This document shows, piece by piece, positions 63,981 through 64,000 of a stretch of 64,000 bases of DNA. This DNA is from Clostridia bacterium (lineage in GTDB: Bacteria > Bacillota > Clostridia > Christensenellales > CAG-917), in assembly GCA_028710495.1 (NCBI GenBank), contig JAQUST010000006.1, positions 1,993-65,992 of the forward strand, read 5' to 3'. Position numbers and translations under genes: made by a program. Positions within the stretch are counted from its first letter, which is position 1; each line of letters begins with the position of its first letter. Under the pieces are notes generated by a model. That model searched no databases and had not been told where the DNA came from. It saw nothing but the letters and a program-made list of their open reading frames with translations.

Positions 63981-64000
63981 ATGAATTACATTGGAATCGA
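63981..64000 (+). CDS. Possible 5' end of a CDS running off the window
   Basis: GAGGT (63972-63976) is followed by ATG 63981 (MNYIGI...). Only 6 codons are visible. Confidence 0.3.

Noticed and set aside
1-64000. Mobile elements, prophage, toxin-antitoxin or defence islands, and a recoded genetic code
   Set aside because: No integrase, transposase, recombinase, phage structural or restriction-type motifs were seen. All recognised genes have normal lengths with standard stop codons, so nothing suggests stop-codon reassignment.

Overview
AT-rich chromosomal segment with most genes on the plus strand, apparently from a spore-forming anaerobic Bacillota (Clostridia-like) genome. I saw no transposase or integrase, rRNA or tRNA gene, or CRISPR array. 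In order, the window contains:
- the last 8.4 kb of a giant repeat surface-protein gene that begins upstream of the window
- an AEC permease
- an SPFH/zinc-ribbon (YdjI-like) plus YdjG-like pair
- DUF1858 plus an XRE-cupin regulator
- spmA-spmB (minus strand)
- metG-tatD-radical SAM, then rsmA
- an orphan 305-aa protein
- rplM-rpsI, then DUF1540
- rplI-methyltransferase-rsmI, translationally coupled
- a G1P-dehydrogenase-like protein plus a HAD-IIA phosphatase
- an SSF symporter and an M23 peptidase
- a seven-gene operon: acyl-AMP ligase, a three-gene glycerol-3-P dehydrogenase set, an FGGY kinase and an AGPS-like FAD oxidase with an HHHGIG loop
- spoVG, murC, DUF4363/DUF421, a MOP flippase and a LysM protein
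- a 1,389-aa five-module lipoprotein
- a split TSUP pair
- rnfCDGEAB, then ppx
- maf, mreB-like, minD, minE, a small TM protein and a SpoIVFB-like M50 protease
- an MGMT-domain protein

The points most worth a second look are:
1. The glycerol-P/AGPS-like operon, a candidate ether-lipid route.
2. The two very large modular envelope proteins.
3. Unrelated A-rich tandem-repeat arrays in many intergenic regions, several of them lying between a stop codon and its terminator.
4. Hairpins that bury the Shine-Dalgarno sequence directly in front of two start codons.
5. A rearranged division cluster without mreCD or minC, and a small TM protein coupled to the M50 protease.

All family assignments come from reading motifs by eye; no searches were run.
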